From positions 1 to 47,927 of the IMG/VR virus record IMGVR_UViG_3300032272_000022: a DNA stretch of 47,927 nt; one strand, written 5' to 3'. Below, one piece after another: positions 1-9,776 of this stretch. How positions within the stretch are numbered: the stretch's first letter is position 1; every line of letters starts with the position of its first letter. The DNA comes from a virus. Lineage: Duplodnaviria; Caudoviricetes. The position numbers and the translations under genes are program-made. Under the pieces are notes generated by a model that saw nothing but the letters and a program-made list of their open reading frames with translations, made no database searches and had not been told where the DNA came from.

Positions 1-97
1 AGGAGGCCTCGATGTACATCGTCACCGGATTGAAACTCTTTCCAGACGACACGCGGTTGCAAAGTTTGAATAAACAGATAAACGCGCAGTATCTAAA

Positions 98-373
98 TTG
101 ATGAGCCGATCTATGTCACCTTTTCGCATACTCTCTAAGACGTATGCCAACCAGATGCTGACTCGAGAACAATACGTCTCGATACGGGCCCAGTTGCTCA
201 AAAAACTGCAACGACAAGGTCAGGTTACTGAAGATGATTTAAAAAACTTTACCGACATCATACACGGTAAAAAACAACCCCAGGTGGAGAAATCTTACTC
301 CTCGTCTGACTGGCTCATTATTGGCCTGGGAATAGTAGCGGCTATGGTTTTAGGATTTGTACTCTACGGTTAG
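98..373 (+). CDS. Hypothetical small membrane-anchored protein (host)
   Basis: 91-aa ORF with a C-terminal hydrophobic helix (WLIIGLGIVAAMVLGFVLYG); no family recognised. Confidence 0.6.
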   Translation: MMSRSMSPFRILSKTYANQMLTREQYVSIRAQLLKKLQRQGQVTEDDLKNFTDIIHGKKQPQVEKSYSSSDWLIIGLGIVAAMVLGFVLYG

Positions 374-545
374 AACCCTATATTTAAAAAGCACCTGATT
401 TGCGATCTACCTCACAAAATTCACACCAATTAATTCACATAAACTCAAATTCTCGGCTAAGCTATAAATCTGTAGGCTCAGAATAGTAATTCAGGCTTTA
501 TCAAAAAAAACATTCAATTTCATTCGCGAAGTTCGGGAGTATTAC

Positions 546-902
546 ATGCAGTTATCGAAAAAAATAATTCTAATCTCAGCACTTATTGCTACCAAAGTTA
601 TCGTTAGCGCCTGCGACCTCGGTAGCACCGATAGTTCAAGTTCTGGTAGTAGTTCATCTGGCAGTTCCGGTAGTTCCAGTAGCAGTTTCACATTGAAACC
701 AAAAACCCATAACACGAGTTACGCTAACTGTAGCGAAACTCAGTCCGCAACAATATGTCAGGGTGCAGATGTCAGATATGATCAATATGAAGAATGCATG
801 AATCTTCACGACGGTTCCCCAGACTGTGATGGCTATTACACACCTAATTACACGGAAACAGCCAAATTATGCATGAGTACTGTTGCCGCAATAGGCTGTT
901 AA
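546..902 (+). CDS. Putative lipoprotein with Ser/Gly linker and Cys-rich domain (host)
   Basis: Signal peptide ending in the lipobox-like VSAC, a poly-Ser/Gly tract, several Cys, GGGAG RBS upstream. Confidence 0.7.
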   Translation: MQLSKKIILISALIATKVIVSACDLGSTDSSSSGSSSSGSSGSSSSSFTLKPKTHNTSYANCSETQSATICQGADVRYDQYEECMNLHDGSPDCDGYYTPNYTETAKLCMSTVAAIGC

Positions 903-924
903 ACACAATTTACCGTAAATAGAT

Positions 925-1746
925 TTGTCAGTTACTAAATCACGCTGGTTTGTTATTGGCGCAATCTTCATTCAACTTTGTGTTTACTTTATTGGATACC
1001 AGCACGGAGTCGGGAATTTCAACCCAACTCCTGCTGGCATCGAACCTAAAGTTAATGACATAACGCCATCAGTTTGTGATTGTATCGCGACAGAATCTAA
1101 ATCACATATTGCAGATTCGACGGGCAATACAAATAAATCTCTACTGGAAAAAATCGCCCTGCTTCAAAACCAATACCAGGCCCTCCAGGAAAAACAGAAC
1201 CTCGACGAATTTAGTAGTGAGCAAAAACAGGAACTCCCAAATTTACTTAAGCAGACCTTAGATCAGTTGCCAATCGATATGATAGCGTCTCGAATCGAAA
1301 GATATATCGAAATACCTCAAGAGACTTTCGAACGAATGAACGATCAACGAGCTTTTGTGAATCGACTAGCTGATGTAGCGATGGAAGGGATTATTACTGA
1401 ATCAGACGAAGACAGTATAGCCTTGTTGGGACCGATCAGCTTCTCCGACCAATACCAGGGAGGTGCAATTAAAAATATTTTTTCAAATAAGGAGGTTGCA
1501 GTTTTTGCCGGTTTTGATACAGCAACATTCGACAAACCCGTTGTCCTGGTTAAATGGTATCGAACCGAAGACAACAAAGTATTTATTTTTAAACAAATGC
1601 CAATTAGCCCAATAAATACCAACTATATTTGGTTAACGGACCAAAACGGTCTGGAAGCAGGTCAATATAATGTCGATATCTACGATGTTAGCTCACAAAT
1701 GAACTTACTATCTCGTGGTTCGTATCAGGTATTAAATTATGAATAA
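925..1746 (+). CDS. Hypothetical membrane-anchored protein, paralogue of 3044-3793
   Basis: N-terminal TM helix and coiled coil; C-terminal motifs RLAxVAMxGI, VKWY, TNYIW, GQYxVxxY and LLSxG shared with 3044-3793. Confidence 0.75.
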   Translation: MSVTKSRWFVIGAIFIQLCVYFIGYQHGVGNFNPTPAGIEPKVNDITPSVCDCIATESKSHIADSTGNTNKSLLEKIALLQNQYQALQEKQNLDEFSSEQKQELPNLLKQTLDQLPIDMIASRIERYIEIPQETFERMNDQRAFVNRLADVAMEGIITESDEDSIALLGPISFSDQYQGGAIKNIFSNKEVAVFAGFDTATFDKPVVLVKWYRTEDNKVFIFKQMPISPINTNYIWLTDQNGLEAGQYNVDIYDVSSQMNLLSRGSYQVLNYE

Positions 1747-3034
1747 GCTATTTACAGCTTTGTGTTTGGCTATGTTTTCTATTTCCGTAAGCGCAACCGA
1801 TTGGTCAAAAAGACTAAAGCCAACAACAGATGTCGAGACTAAAGACGAAGAGATCTGGTCAACATTCGATGTGAATTGTGAAAGCCCTTTTGTACAAATA
1901 AAAACCAAGAAATATAAACCTGTCAAAAAACAGAGCACTAACATCGAACACGCACCACAAACCGAATGTTTAGGCGGTATATTTCAGAAGGCTATATATC
2001 ATAAACGTGGCCCAGAAGATCCTATTGCTTACAAAACTATCGATGGTAAACCTTATCTAGAATTTTATTTCTCAGCTCCGGGAAAATACATACAAAAAAA
2101 TGTCCCTCCAAAAAAGTATGCTGTAAAACTCGCTGTCCATGACTTTAAAGGGAAAGGTAAATACCCAATTTATCACGAGAATGAAACCTTCAAACCGATG
2201 CTGGACAAGGACCATCCGATCACACTGTATAATAATTTAATCCCGATGATCAATTATAGTAAAGGAAGGCACATTCCTGTCATCATGGGTAATTTTGCTG
2301 TATTTCGAGATGCTGAACTTATTAAGCTAACCCGGAAGGAAAGAGACAGCGGGCAATATCTCGATGATAAACATAGAGAAAAAAACGTCTCCTATACGTA
2401 TACCAGTGGTGATCGTATTTATGGTAAATACGCTTTAAATGACATGCAAAAAGTAATGTCAGCAAACAAAAAACTCGGCGAAATTGTAATCACAGATATC
2501 AATAAACAGGGCATTATATCGGGTAGCTTTAAAGTTAGGATGTTGCGCGAAACTTGCAACGATATATTAATGATAGCCGATTGCCAGATAAGTAGTGTTT
2601 TAATAAAAGGCAAATTTGATGCCGCTGAGTTCAAACCGAACAAGGATTACATCAAGAAAGGACTTTTAAAACCTAAGATGAAGATGAAGATGAAATTGAA
2701 ACCCAAACTGGGTTCAAATAATAGTGGCGTCAAACCCAAACTTCGCACACCATCATCATCTGAAACTATTTTTGATCCCCCTCAACCAAGACTGCATAAA
2801 CCATTACTTGGGTCCCAATGTAAGAGAAGCATTGCTAATGCCTGTAAGTCGGCGGAAACAGCATTTCAAAGTTATCTATCCTGTCTAAACAAGTACAATT
2901 TCAAGAAAAACGATGCGCAAGACACCGCACGCAAAAACCTTAAAAAATGTTATGCGATATATGAAATTGAATACACCAGGAAATCAAAACAGTGTCGCAA
3001 ACTATTTGTTGAAGACGCGACTTGCATTAAGTAA
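1739..3034 (+). CDS. Hypothetical secreted Lys-rich protein
   Basis: Signal peptide (…ISVSA), 431-aa ORF overlapping the previous gene, Cys-rich C-terminus. Confidence 0.75.
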   Translation: MNKLFTALCLAMFSISVSATDWSKRLKPTTDVETKDEEIWSTFDVNCESPFVQIKTKKYKPVKKQSTNIEHAPQTECLGGIFQKAIYHKRGPEDPIAYKTIDGKPYLEFYFSAPGKYIQKNVPPKKYAVKLAVHDFKGKGKYPIYHENETFKPMLDKDHPITLYNNLIPMINYSKGRHIPVIMGNFAVFRDAELIKLTRKERDSGQYLDDKHREKNVSYTYTSGDRIYGKYALNDMQKVMSANKKLGEIVITDINKQGIISGSFKVRMLRETCNDILMIADCQISSVLIKGKFDAAEFKPNKDYIKKGLLKPKMKMKMKLKPKLGSNNSGVKPKLRTPSSSETIFDPPQPRLHKPLLGSQCKRSIANACKSAETAFQSYLSCLNKYNFKKNDAQDTARKNLKKCYAIYEIEYTRKSKQCRKLFVEDATCIK

Positions 3035-3043
3035 ATTGAGTCC

Positions 3044-3793
3044 GTGATATCTAAACCTATCTACATCAAAAGTGGCTACATTGTAGCTATAATCGGCCTC
3101 CTGATTGCAATTGCGATCGTGCAAACAGACTCTGTTACCTTGATTAATAAAGTGTCTGCAACGCACATCGAGGCTGCCGAAGAAAACCAGTCGATAATAT
3201 CCATCGTCGATGCTATTGCTAGTTTGTATCTATTACTGCCTGTTTTCACCGAACCAGAAAAACGAGCCCTCTTGAGCCTCAAAGAAAGAAGAGCCAGCGA
3301 GCAGAAATTTCTTTTGCTACTCAATAGACTACCGGTAGATAAGATTATCGACAAAATGATAGATCTCGATCTAGTCACAACAGAACAACTTTCAAAAATC
3401 GAGCACAAAAGACCTTACATACATCGACTGGCTAAAGTCGCCATGAACGGCATCATGACACCTGAAATACCGGAGATTGCAAAACATGGCAAAGTCCATT
3501 TCAAGTCTGCTCTAGAGGATCCGAGGGCAAATACTTTTGAGGCAACGAACATGGCCATATATGCATTTTTTGATTCAAGTGCGTATCAGGATGAAAATAT
3601 CTTCGTAAAGTGGTATGAGTCTAATCAGGGGAGAATGGCGCTTTTTAAACAGTTTCCTATCACGCAAGAGAATACAAACTATATCTGGATACACAATTCC
3701 GGAGGCTTCACAAAAGGTCAGTATCAAGTTGAAGTTTACCGAATCAACGAAAGTTTCGATTTATTGTCGAAAGGCAATTTCGAGGTTCGGTAA
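3044..3793 (+). CDS. Hypothetical membrane-anchored protein, paralogue of 925-1746
   Basis: N-terminal TM helix and the shared C-terminal beta-rich domain motifs. Confidence 0.75.
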   Translation: MISKPIYIKSGYIVAIIGLLIAIAIVQTDSVTLINKVSATHIEAAEENQSIISIVDAIASLYLLLPVFTEPEKRALLSLKERRASEQKFLLLLNRLPVDKIIDKMIDLDLVTTEQLSKIEHKRPYIHRLAKVAMNGIMTPEIPEIAKHGKVHFKSALEDPRANTFEATNMAIYAFFDSSAYQDENIFVKWYESNQGRMALFKQFPITQENTNYIWIHNSGGFTKGQYQVEVYRINESFDLLSKGNFEVR

Positions 3794-3797
3794 AAGA

Positions 3798-4277
3798 CTA
3801 TATCCAGCGACTATAAAAAAGAACTGAAATAATAAGAAATACAATTCCGACCAAATTACCCAGATCGGCGATGTTAAAAATCCCTGATTGAATAAAATCA
3901 AGATCAATAACAATAAAGTCAGTTACAGCACCCTGCCTGGCCCTTTCCAGTAAATTTGACAACCCTCCCCCCACAACCAGGCCCCAGGCCAGGGCAAATA
4001 TTACGTGACTAAACCCTTTATAGATAAGTAAACCAAATAATCCAGCCAGGAGTACCGCAACGAGTACGATACCAATATACAAAAAGGTTGATGCTTCCAG
4101 GCCGGAGCCAACACCCATCATTAAACCCTTATTTTGATAGAGATCAAAATTTACAATATCCAGAACATTCTTTGAATAAAGATCAGGTCGAAATTTCCAG
4201 AACCAGTTCTTTGTGATTGAATCGACAAGAATACTGAGCAGTAGAAATACGATAAAGGGGTAACGATGACTTTGCAT
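3798..4277 (-). CDS. lspA: Lipoprotein signal peptidase (signal peptidase II)
   Basis: Motifs NKG, GGLSNLLER…GAVTDFI and IFNIAD; multiple TM helices; ATG at 4277 (ORF track start is TTG at 4289). Confidence 0.9.
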   Translation of the reverse strand: MQSHRYPFIVFLLLSILVDSITKNWFWKFRPDLYSKNVLDIVNFDLYQNKGLMMGVGSGLEASTFLYIGIVLVAVLLAGLFGLLIYKGFSHVIFALAWGLVVGGGLSNLLERARQGAVTDFIVIDLDFIQSGIFNIADLGNLVGIVFLIISVLFYSRWI

Positions 4278-4288
4278 AAGACATGACA

Positions 4289-4342
4289 AAAATTGGTCGG
4301 GACGGCAGGATTTGAACCTGCGACCACCTGCCCCCCAGGCAG
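4289..4342. repeat. Left att core (duplicated 3' half of tRNA-Pro)
   Basis: AAAATTGGTCGGGACGGCAGGATTTGAACCTGCGACCACCTGCCCCCCAGGCAG, identical to 47800-47853. Confidence 0.97.
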
Positions 4343-4403
4343 AGCACTACAAAACCCTTGAAACCTTTATGCAGTGCGGGTTTCAGCTTTTAAAAGAAAC
4401 AGA

Positions 4404-4483
4404 AAACCTTCTACCATTTTTTTAATTAACGGCTCGTAAGTCGTTGATTTAATTAAATGGAGAAATGCTGTGGTAGAAGGTTT
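4404..4483. repeat. Putative integrase arm-binding sites (left), inverted pair
   Basis: TGGTAGAAGGTTT at 4404-4416 (reverse) and 4471-4483 (forward); the same 13-mer occurs twice near the right att. Confidence 0.75.
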
Positions 4484-4546
4484 TTTGCATGACTATTTTG
4501 CGAGATTATCACAAGCGCTCCGGACATTAAAGGAGCGCTTGAAAGA

Positions 4547-4744
4547 ATGAAACCCATCATCATTATCGCTATGTTATTACTGCCAGGTTGCGCTGGTACT
4601 GTTTTTGATCTGTCACGCGAAAAGAGCTATTCGTGCGACGAAACGATTCTTGCTATTAACAAAATCACCGGTGAACTCGAACTAATGCCAGCGAATGATT
4701 TATGCTTTGAGCCATCATTGCAAAAAATGCTGGAACAAACTTAA
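4547..4744 (+). CDS. Small phage lipoprotein (moron-like)
   Basis: Lipobox LPGC after a hydrophobic leader; AAGGAG RBS; oriented against the late operon. Confidence 0.7.
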   Translation: MKPIIIIAMLLLPGCAGTVFDLSREKSYSCDETILAINKITGELELMPANDLCFEPSLQKMLEQT

Positions 4745-7700
4745 AGAACCAGCGAGGTGATGATACCGGCAGAATCAACACCGTTATAATCGCCTACACA
4801 TATATATCGATTGTTGTGGTATATAACGGCTTGCAGTTGTGTAAAAATTGCCTGCGTTCTTTGCTCCCATGTCACCCCGTCAACCGACGATAATATTAGC
4901 CCACCAGAGCCAACCATCAGCAAACCATGCCGACCCTTAGCAATCGATCTAATATGGTTCAATGGCGCGGTGGCTGGATAACCTCTTTCAAACCAGTTGA
5001 TTCCATCTGGTGACACAATATAAACCCCAGTATTTATTTCCCCAGCTGCTATAAACTCACCATTGTTGTATGCTATTTCATAAATATTATTTATTGTTGT
5101 ATTCGACCTTTCTGTCCACGTTATCGCATCAGCGGATGTGATCAGGTAGGCATCCACGCCATCACTTCTGCCACCAGCAATATATATGCCATCCTCATAA
5201 ATAATATCATGCAACCAAAACGCCTTTGGATTCGATCTTTCTGTCCAGGTTATGCCATCAGGTGACGTTATAATATAAGCATCAGTTCCATCGTCATACC
5301 CAACCGCAACGAACAGACCGCCACCCCAGATGATTTGCGTTATTGTGGCGGAAGGATTTGGCGCGGTTCTTTCTGTCCATGTCGTTCCGTTCGTTGATGT
5401 CGCTATCATTGCTTCAGCAGCTCCGAATTCCCCTTTCCATCCACCTACAACTATTATACTGCCGTTATCGGCCACAGCCACCGCATTAGACTTTGACCCA
5501 CCGCCGGACAGTACCGCATGAACATCGTATTCAGTCCAATCAACAGCATCATCGGACAAGTAAACTATCGCTTCAGATACTGTTAGAACTGGATCTTTAA
5601 GTGAGCCAACTGCAACGATCCTTTCAATTGTTTCGCTATACACCAAAGAGTTCAGCCCTGCGTCATTTGGTGTTTTTTGTATTGACCAATTAGACGCCTG
5701 CAGCGCGTGCGTTATCTGGGTGTTTTCTGTTGATTCAGTAGAAATCACAACATGATCAATCAACACTGACCCATCGGTGGCAGATTGAATAGCAAAATAA
5801 TCAACACCCGCCGCCGATGAATCCGGAATAGTATAAGTGAAGTTGTACTTTCTCCATGTCGCATCCGGTTTGAATGTCCGCCAACCAAGATCACCATCGC
5901 CGTTTGTTGAATAGGCCGCCTGCGCAAAAGAAACGGCATCATCCGTTTTTGCATAAAGCGATATTTTCGCTTGCTTACCCGCCAATGAAAGCGCCAGCCT
6001 TTCCGGTATCTGAATGCTGACACCCCCTATGGTCCCGGAAGCATCTGTATCCAGGATAGTTGTAGTGACGCGCATAGATTGCGCACCGGAAAATTTGTCC
6101 ACCGATTCCGCGGCGACTGTGTGGCCCGTGTTGGCCACCCATCCGGCGAGCTCGTTGGCTTCCATGCCGTTAAACCAGGTACTTGCCACCGAGGACTGCA
6201 CATCTACAGAGGGAAGGTCAGCTATATTGGTTGAGTTCAACGCAGTATTAAACGCAGTCAGGTCAGCATCAGTCGCAGGCAAAGCGTAGGCACTAGGCTC
6301 GGTGAGTTCGCCAACCTGCTCTTCAATCATGATCCCATCGACACGCAAGGTGCTGCCATCTGACACCTGGTTACCGTCGATCCGCAATATCGCACCGGTC
6401 GAAGAATCGCCCGACAAGTCAATCACACTAGACACTTGAACCCATGTATCGACCGTCGGTGCGTTGATCAAGACCGGTGTTGATACATGAGCACCCGATC
6501 CATTCGTGCGCAGGGTAAACTGCACTTCCGACAGTGCGACATCACTGCGGACATAAGCGGACACTATCCATTTTCGATTCGGCGACATGCGTATGTTGTA
6601 ATCAGTGCTGTTGGCCCCGAGATAAACCTGCGGGTTGGCACCAGTGCTAACAAGCTTATGGCTTTGCGAACCAATATAGAAAACGCTGGAATAACTGAAA
6701 TCGGCATTGTTTACAGTACCTGGCACCGGCTGAATAACATCACCAACTGAATAATCATAGTTCGCGATATTAATGCCCTTGCCACCCAGCACCGATTTAG
6801 TCAAATCTGCCCAGCCTTGCGGTTTGTTATTATACCCAGTTGCTTGCTGTTGCTCGTCGCTTGGATACCACTCAAACGGTGCTTTCGGTTGTGGCAGATA
6901 CTGTGCGCGTATCAAACCAGCAGACATATCAATTGAGCTGACGCCAGTTTGGCCATAGGCGACTTCGCCAGCATTGACGACCTGCGCAGTGTTTTTCTTA
7001 GCGTAAACATCAACTGCGGGATCTGGTGACGCACCCGTTAATGCAATTGATTTTGTCCCGCCAAACGTGGGTAAAGAAAAGTTTCCATCGACCAGGAACA
7101 ACACGCCGCCCGGGTAACCACCCGCGCCCGTTTGTCCATAGATGGTGCTTGAAGAGATAATACCAAACGAACCAGGCGCGCCATCGTCGCCACTAGTGAT
7201 AACCTGCCCTGCCCCGGCAATGGTTGCCCCACGCGATATGATGACACCCCCGCCACCCCCATCGCCACCGGCACCACCGGCAACCGGAGTGGCAGGAATA
7301 CCTATATCTGCGGCATCACCGGTTTTGCCGGGGATACCCATTAGATTATTCGGGAGACCGCCTATTGATAATCCATCGGGGTTGGTCAAACTGAATTTCG
7401 GCATTTGCTTCCAGCGCCCACTATCACCCGCGCTTTTGGATGCCAATAAAAGAACCTGGACTGGTGCCAGCCCAACTTTAAACATATAAGCGGGTTTACC
7501 CGATTGGCTTTCACCAAATACGCCAGACTGGGTGTTCGTGCCCGAGAAAACCAATGTGCCGTTGATGGTTAAAAAGCCTTTTATTTTCAACAAGACATTC
7601 AGCGAACAAGTGACTGTGACACCTGCGCCTATTTCTAAATCGCCATCGTAATAATAAATTGCGCTCGTGTTGAGTGCGGCACCGGTGACCGTGCCACTTG

Positions 7701-9393
7701 CGGTGACAACGCCCCCGACGATGGTCAGTACGCTCGCCAGGTTTGTGCCGACAGCCGTGTAATAGCTGTCCTGCAACACAGCGCTCGATGCGACCGGCGC
7801 TTGACCACTGTTGGATACCCCACCGAACAAACTGACCGTCACTTTGCCTGTGATCCAGTCGGTTTTTACCTGTTGCACTTCAAACACGCGATCGAGGATA
7901 GCGTCGGCATAAACATCCCAGACATAAGGGCAAGTCACGCGGATAGTCTGGCCGACTGCGAGTTTGTCCCATTTAGGCTGTAAGACCAGTGACAACCTGA
8001 CTGGTGGCTCGTGGTAGCGATCGAGGATGGCATCGGCATAGCTCTGAATATCATTATCCGAATGCGCACCAGTGAACACGCCCCGGAACTCGTATGCACG
8101 CTGATCAGCTGATTGATACTTAGCAATCGAATCGGTGTCGATCAACTGATTGCTTTTTGTGAACCGGTCTTCGGTATCCAGCCAATTCCAGTCAATCCGC
8201 ACATTGTTAATCACGGCAGGCTGGTCATAAACCAGGTCGCCATAGCTGATGATTTCTGATTCGTCGATCACTTCGGAATAAGCCGAAAAAGGCAAGGTCG
8301 AGAGCAAGCGCACTGGCGAATAACTACCATCGGTTTTAACGCTTAAAAAGAAGCCCGCCCACAAAGCAAGCTCTCTCTCGATAAAGTCCTTACCGTTTTC
8401 TTTTTCTAACCCCATGAACCGGGCCATTCTGCCTTTGCCGGTCGATGGGTTCCATAAGTCGTCGCCCAGGTTTTGAAAGCCTGCCAGATCGACATATTTG
8501 GTGGGGATAGACAGGTGCCAGTGATCGGGTAGATTCGCGGCTTGACCATCGAGTATGCCAGTTAAAATGGCGTATACCATCTTAGGCGCTGCCATTTGCA
8601 GATAAATGTATTCCTCGACCTGCTTCTTTTGATCGTCCTGCCCGGCGGTGACGACATGCTCGACGTTTTGTGTACTGAATGCACCGCGCTGCACAACTGT
8701 TAAATCGGTGAAATTGACATCTGTCCAACCGGAATGACAAATGATCTCATCATCGATTTTGATATAACCAACCGTTACATTCGGTTGCGATGAATAGTTG
8801 GCGTCGTGCGCGACCAGTGGGAACTTGTTACCCGCATCAGCAGCGGTGATCGGGATGGTCATTTGCGCTGCGGTAATGGTTGACGTCAAAGCGCCCTGGT
8901 GCGGCACAAAAATAGTCTTCTTGGCGGTGCGCTGGATATCACTACAACTCAGCGTATAGACGCCGTTCTTATATTTTATTTGACCATCGACGATATACGT
9001 TAAACGTAAATTATAATCAGACCAATTTGCCAGGGTTATCTCACCTTTATAAAGCTGCACCTGTTTATTGCGTAAACCATCCCCGCCATCGAGTTTGGTT
9101 TTTAACTTGGTCGATATCTCGTTGTTAACATCGAGCAATTTGAAAGTCACACTGCCAATTGTGTGCTGAGCCTTGTCCGGGTTGATGCGCTGGCTTTGCC
9201 CTGATATGCCCTTTACTTCAATCGCGCCATCGATTCGATTTATTGCTGTAGTACCCGGTGGCACCTGGCAATCCGCATGGCTGGTGATATAAGTGACATC
9301 TGTGTCGGCATCGTCAAATGACAAAGCAATGACATAACGGGGTTCCAGGGTAGCCTGCTCGGCGGCTTCGAGGTACGCGGTGGTTTCGGTCAT
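4741..9393 (-). CDS. Tail tip / host-specificity protein with carbohydrate-binding-like modules and a C-terminal Asp-box repeat (beta-propeller) domain
   Basis: 1550 aa, last gene of the tail operon, Gly-rich segment, repeated SxDGxxWxER motifs. Confidence 0.8.
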   Translation of the reverse strand: MTETTAYLEAAEQATLEPRYVIALSFDDADTDVTYITSHADCQVPPGTTAINRIDGAIEVKGISGQSQRINPDKAQHTIGSVTFKLLDVNNEISTKLKTKLDGGDGLRNKQVQLYKGEITLANWSDYNLRLTYIVDGQIKYKNGVYTLSCSDIQRTAKKTIFVPHQGALTSTITAAQMTIPITAADAGNKFPLVAHDANYSSQPNVTVGYIKIDDEIICHSGWTDVNFTDLTVVQRGAFSTQNVEHVVTAGQDDQKKQVEEYIYLQMAAPKMVYAILTGILDGQAANLPDHWHLSIPTKYVDLAGFQNLGDDLWNPSTGKGRMARFMGLEKENGKDFIERELALWAGFFLSVKTDGSYSPVRLLSTLPFSAYSEVIDESEIISYGDLVYDQPAVINNVRIDWNWLDTEDRFTKSNQLIDTDSIAKYQSADQRAYEFRGVFTGAHSDNDIQSYADAILDRYHEPPVRLSLVLQPKWDKLAVGQTIRVTCPYVWDVYADAILDRVFEVQQVKTDWITGKVTVSLFGGVSNSGQAPVASSAVLQDSYYTAVGTNLASVLTIVGGVVTASGTVTGAALNTSAIYYYDGDLEIGAGVTVTCSLNVLLKIKGFLTINGTLVFSGTNTQSGVFGESQSGKPAYMFKVGLAPVQVLLLASKSAGDSGRWKQMPKFSLTNPDGLSIGGLPNNLMGIPGKTGDAADIGIPATPVAGGAGGDGGGGGVIISRGATIAGAGQVITSGDDGAPGSFGIISSSTIYGQTGAGGYPGGVLFLVDGNFSLPTFGGTKSIALTGASPDPAVDVYAKKNTAQVVNAGEVAYGQTGVSSIDMSAGLIRAQYLPQPKAPFEWYPSDEQQQATGYNNKPQGWADLTKSVLGGKGINIANYDYSVGDVIQPVPGTVNNADFSYSSVFYIGSQSHKLVSTGANPQVYLGANSTDYNIRMSPNRKWIVSAYVRSDVALSEVQFTLRTNGSGAHVSTPVLINAPTVDTWVQVSSVIDLSGDSSTGAILRIDGNQVSDGSTLRVDGIMIEEQVGELTEPSAYALPATDADLTAFNTALNSTNIADLPSVDVQSSVASTWFNGMEANELAGWVANTGHTVAAESVDKFSGAQSMRVTTTILDTDASGTIGGVSIQIPERLALSLAGKQAKISLYAKTDDAVSFAQAAYSTNGDGDLGWRTFKPDATWRKYNFTYTIPDSSAAGVDYFAIQSATDGSVLIDHVVISTESTENTQITHALQASNWSIQKTPNDAGLNSLVYSETIERIVAVGSLKDPVLTVSEAIVYLSDDAVDWTEYDVHAVLSGGGSKSNAVAVADNGSIIVVGGWKGEFGAAEAMIATSTNGTTWTERTAPNPSATITQIIWGGGLFVAVGYDDGTDAYIITSPDGITWTERSNPKAFWLHDIIYEDGIYIAGGRSDGVDAYLITSADAITWTERSNTTINNIYEIAYNNGEFIAAGEINTGVYIVSPDGINWFERGYPATAPLNHIRSIAKGRHGLLMVGSGGLILSSVDGVTWEQRTQAIFTQLQAVIYHNNRYICVGDYNGVDSAGIITSLVL

Positions 9394-9776
9394 AGCAGGC
9401 GGATAGAAAAGCTATAAGAAAAATAAATGCCATTGCGACTTCGCGTTGCATCGCCTTTCATTATGGCTGCGACAGGCGTGCCATCAGGGTCATAGGAAAA
9501 AACCTCACCACCCGCCACACTCGAAAAAAATTCATCAAAGTCAGCATCGCTGGGGTTGCCACCAGAGACAGGCACCATGTCGGTTGTTATTTTATAAATA
9601 CGATCAATTCGGTTCAGGACGGTGACAACATTACCATCCAGAGATAAATTTTCTGTTTTAACCGGCTCAGGCATTCCGCCATCACGGGCTTGCAAATCAA
9701 TTGTGATCGCGTAATCAACACCCAAGGTATGCCCGGATTTTATTTGTCGCTTCGCCGTATATGTAAAACTAGCCAT
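9390..9776 (-). CDS. Putative distal tail protein
   Basis: Lies between tape measure and tail tip genes with overlapping start/stop codons. Confidence 0.6.
   Translation of the reverse strand: MASFTYTAKRQIKSGHTLGVDYAITIDLQARDGGMPEPVKTENLSLDGNVVTVLNRIDRIYKITTDMVPVSGGNPSDADFDEFFSSVAGGEVFSYDPDGTPVAAIMKGDATRSRNGIYFSYSFSIRLL

Noticed and set aside
630-685. AGTTC-type tandem repeat
   Set aside because: It simply encodes the Ser/Gly linker of the lipoprotein
4294-4342. Second tRNA gene
   Set aside because: Only the 3' part is present; it is the att duplication
4741-9393. Diversity-generating retroelement or invertible tail cassette
   Set aside because: No reverse transcriptase, invertase or template/variable repeat pair seen
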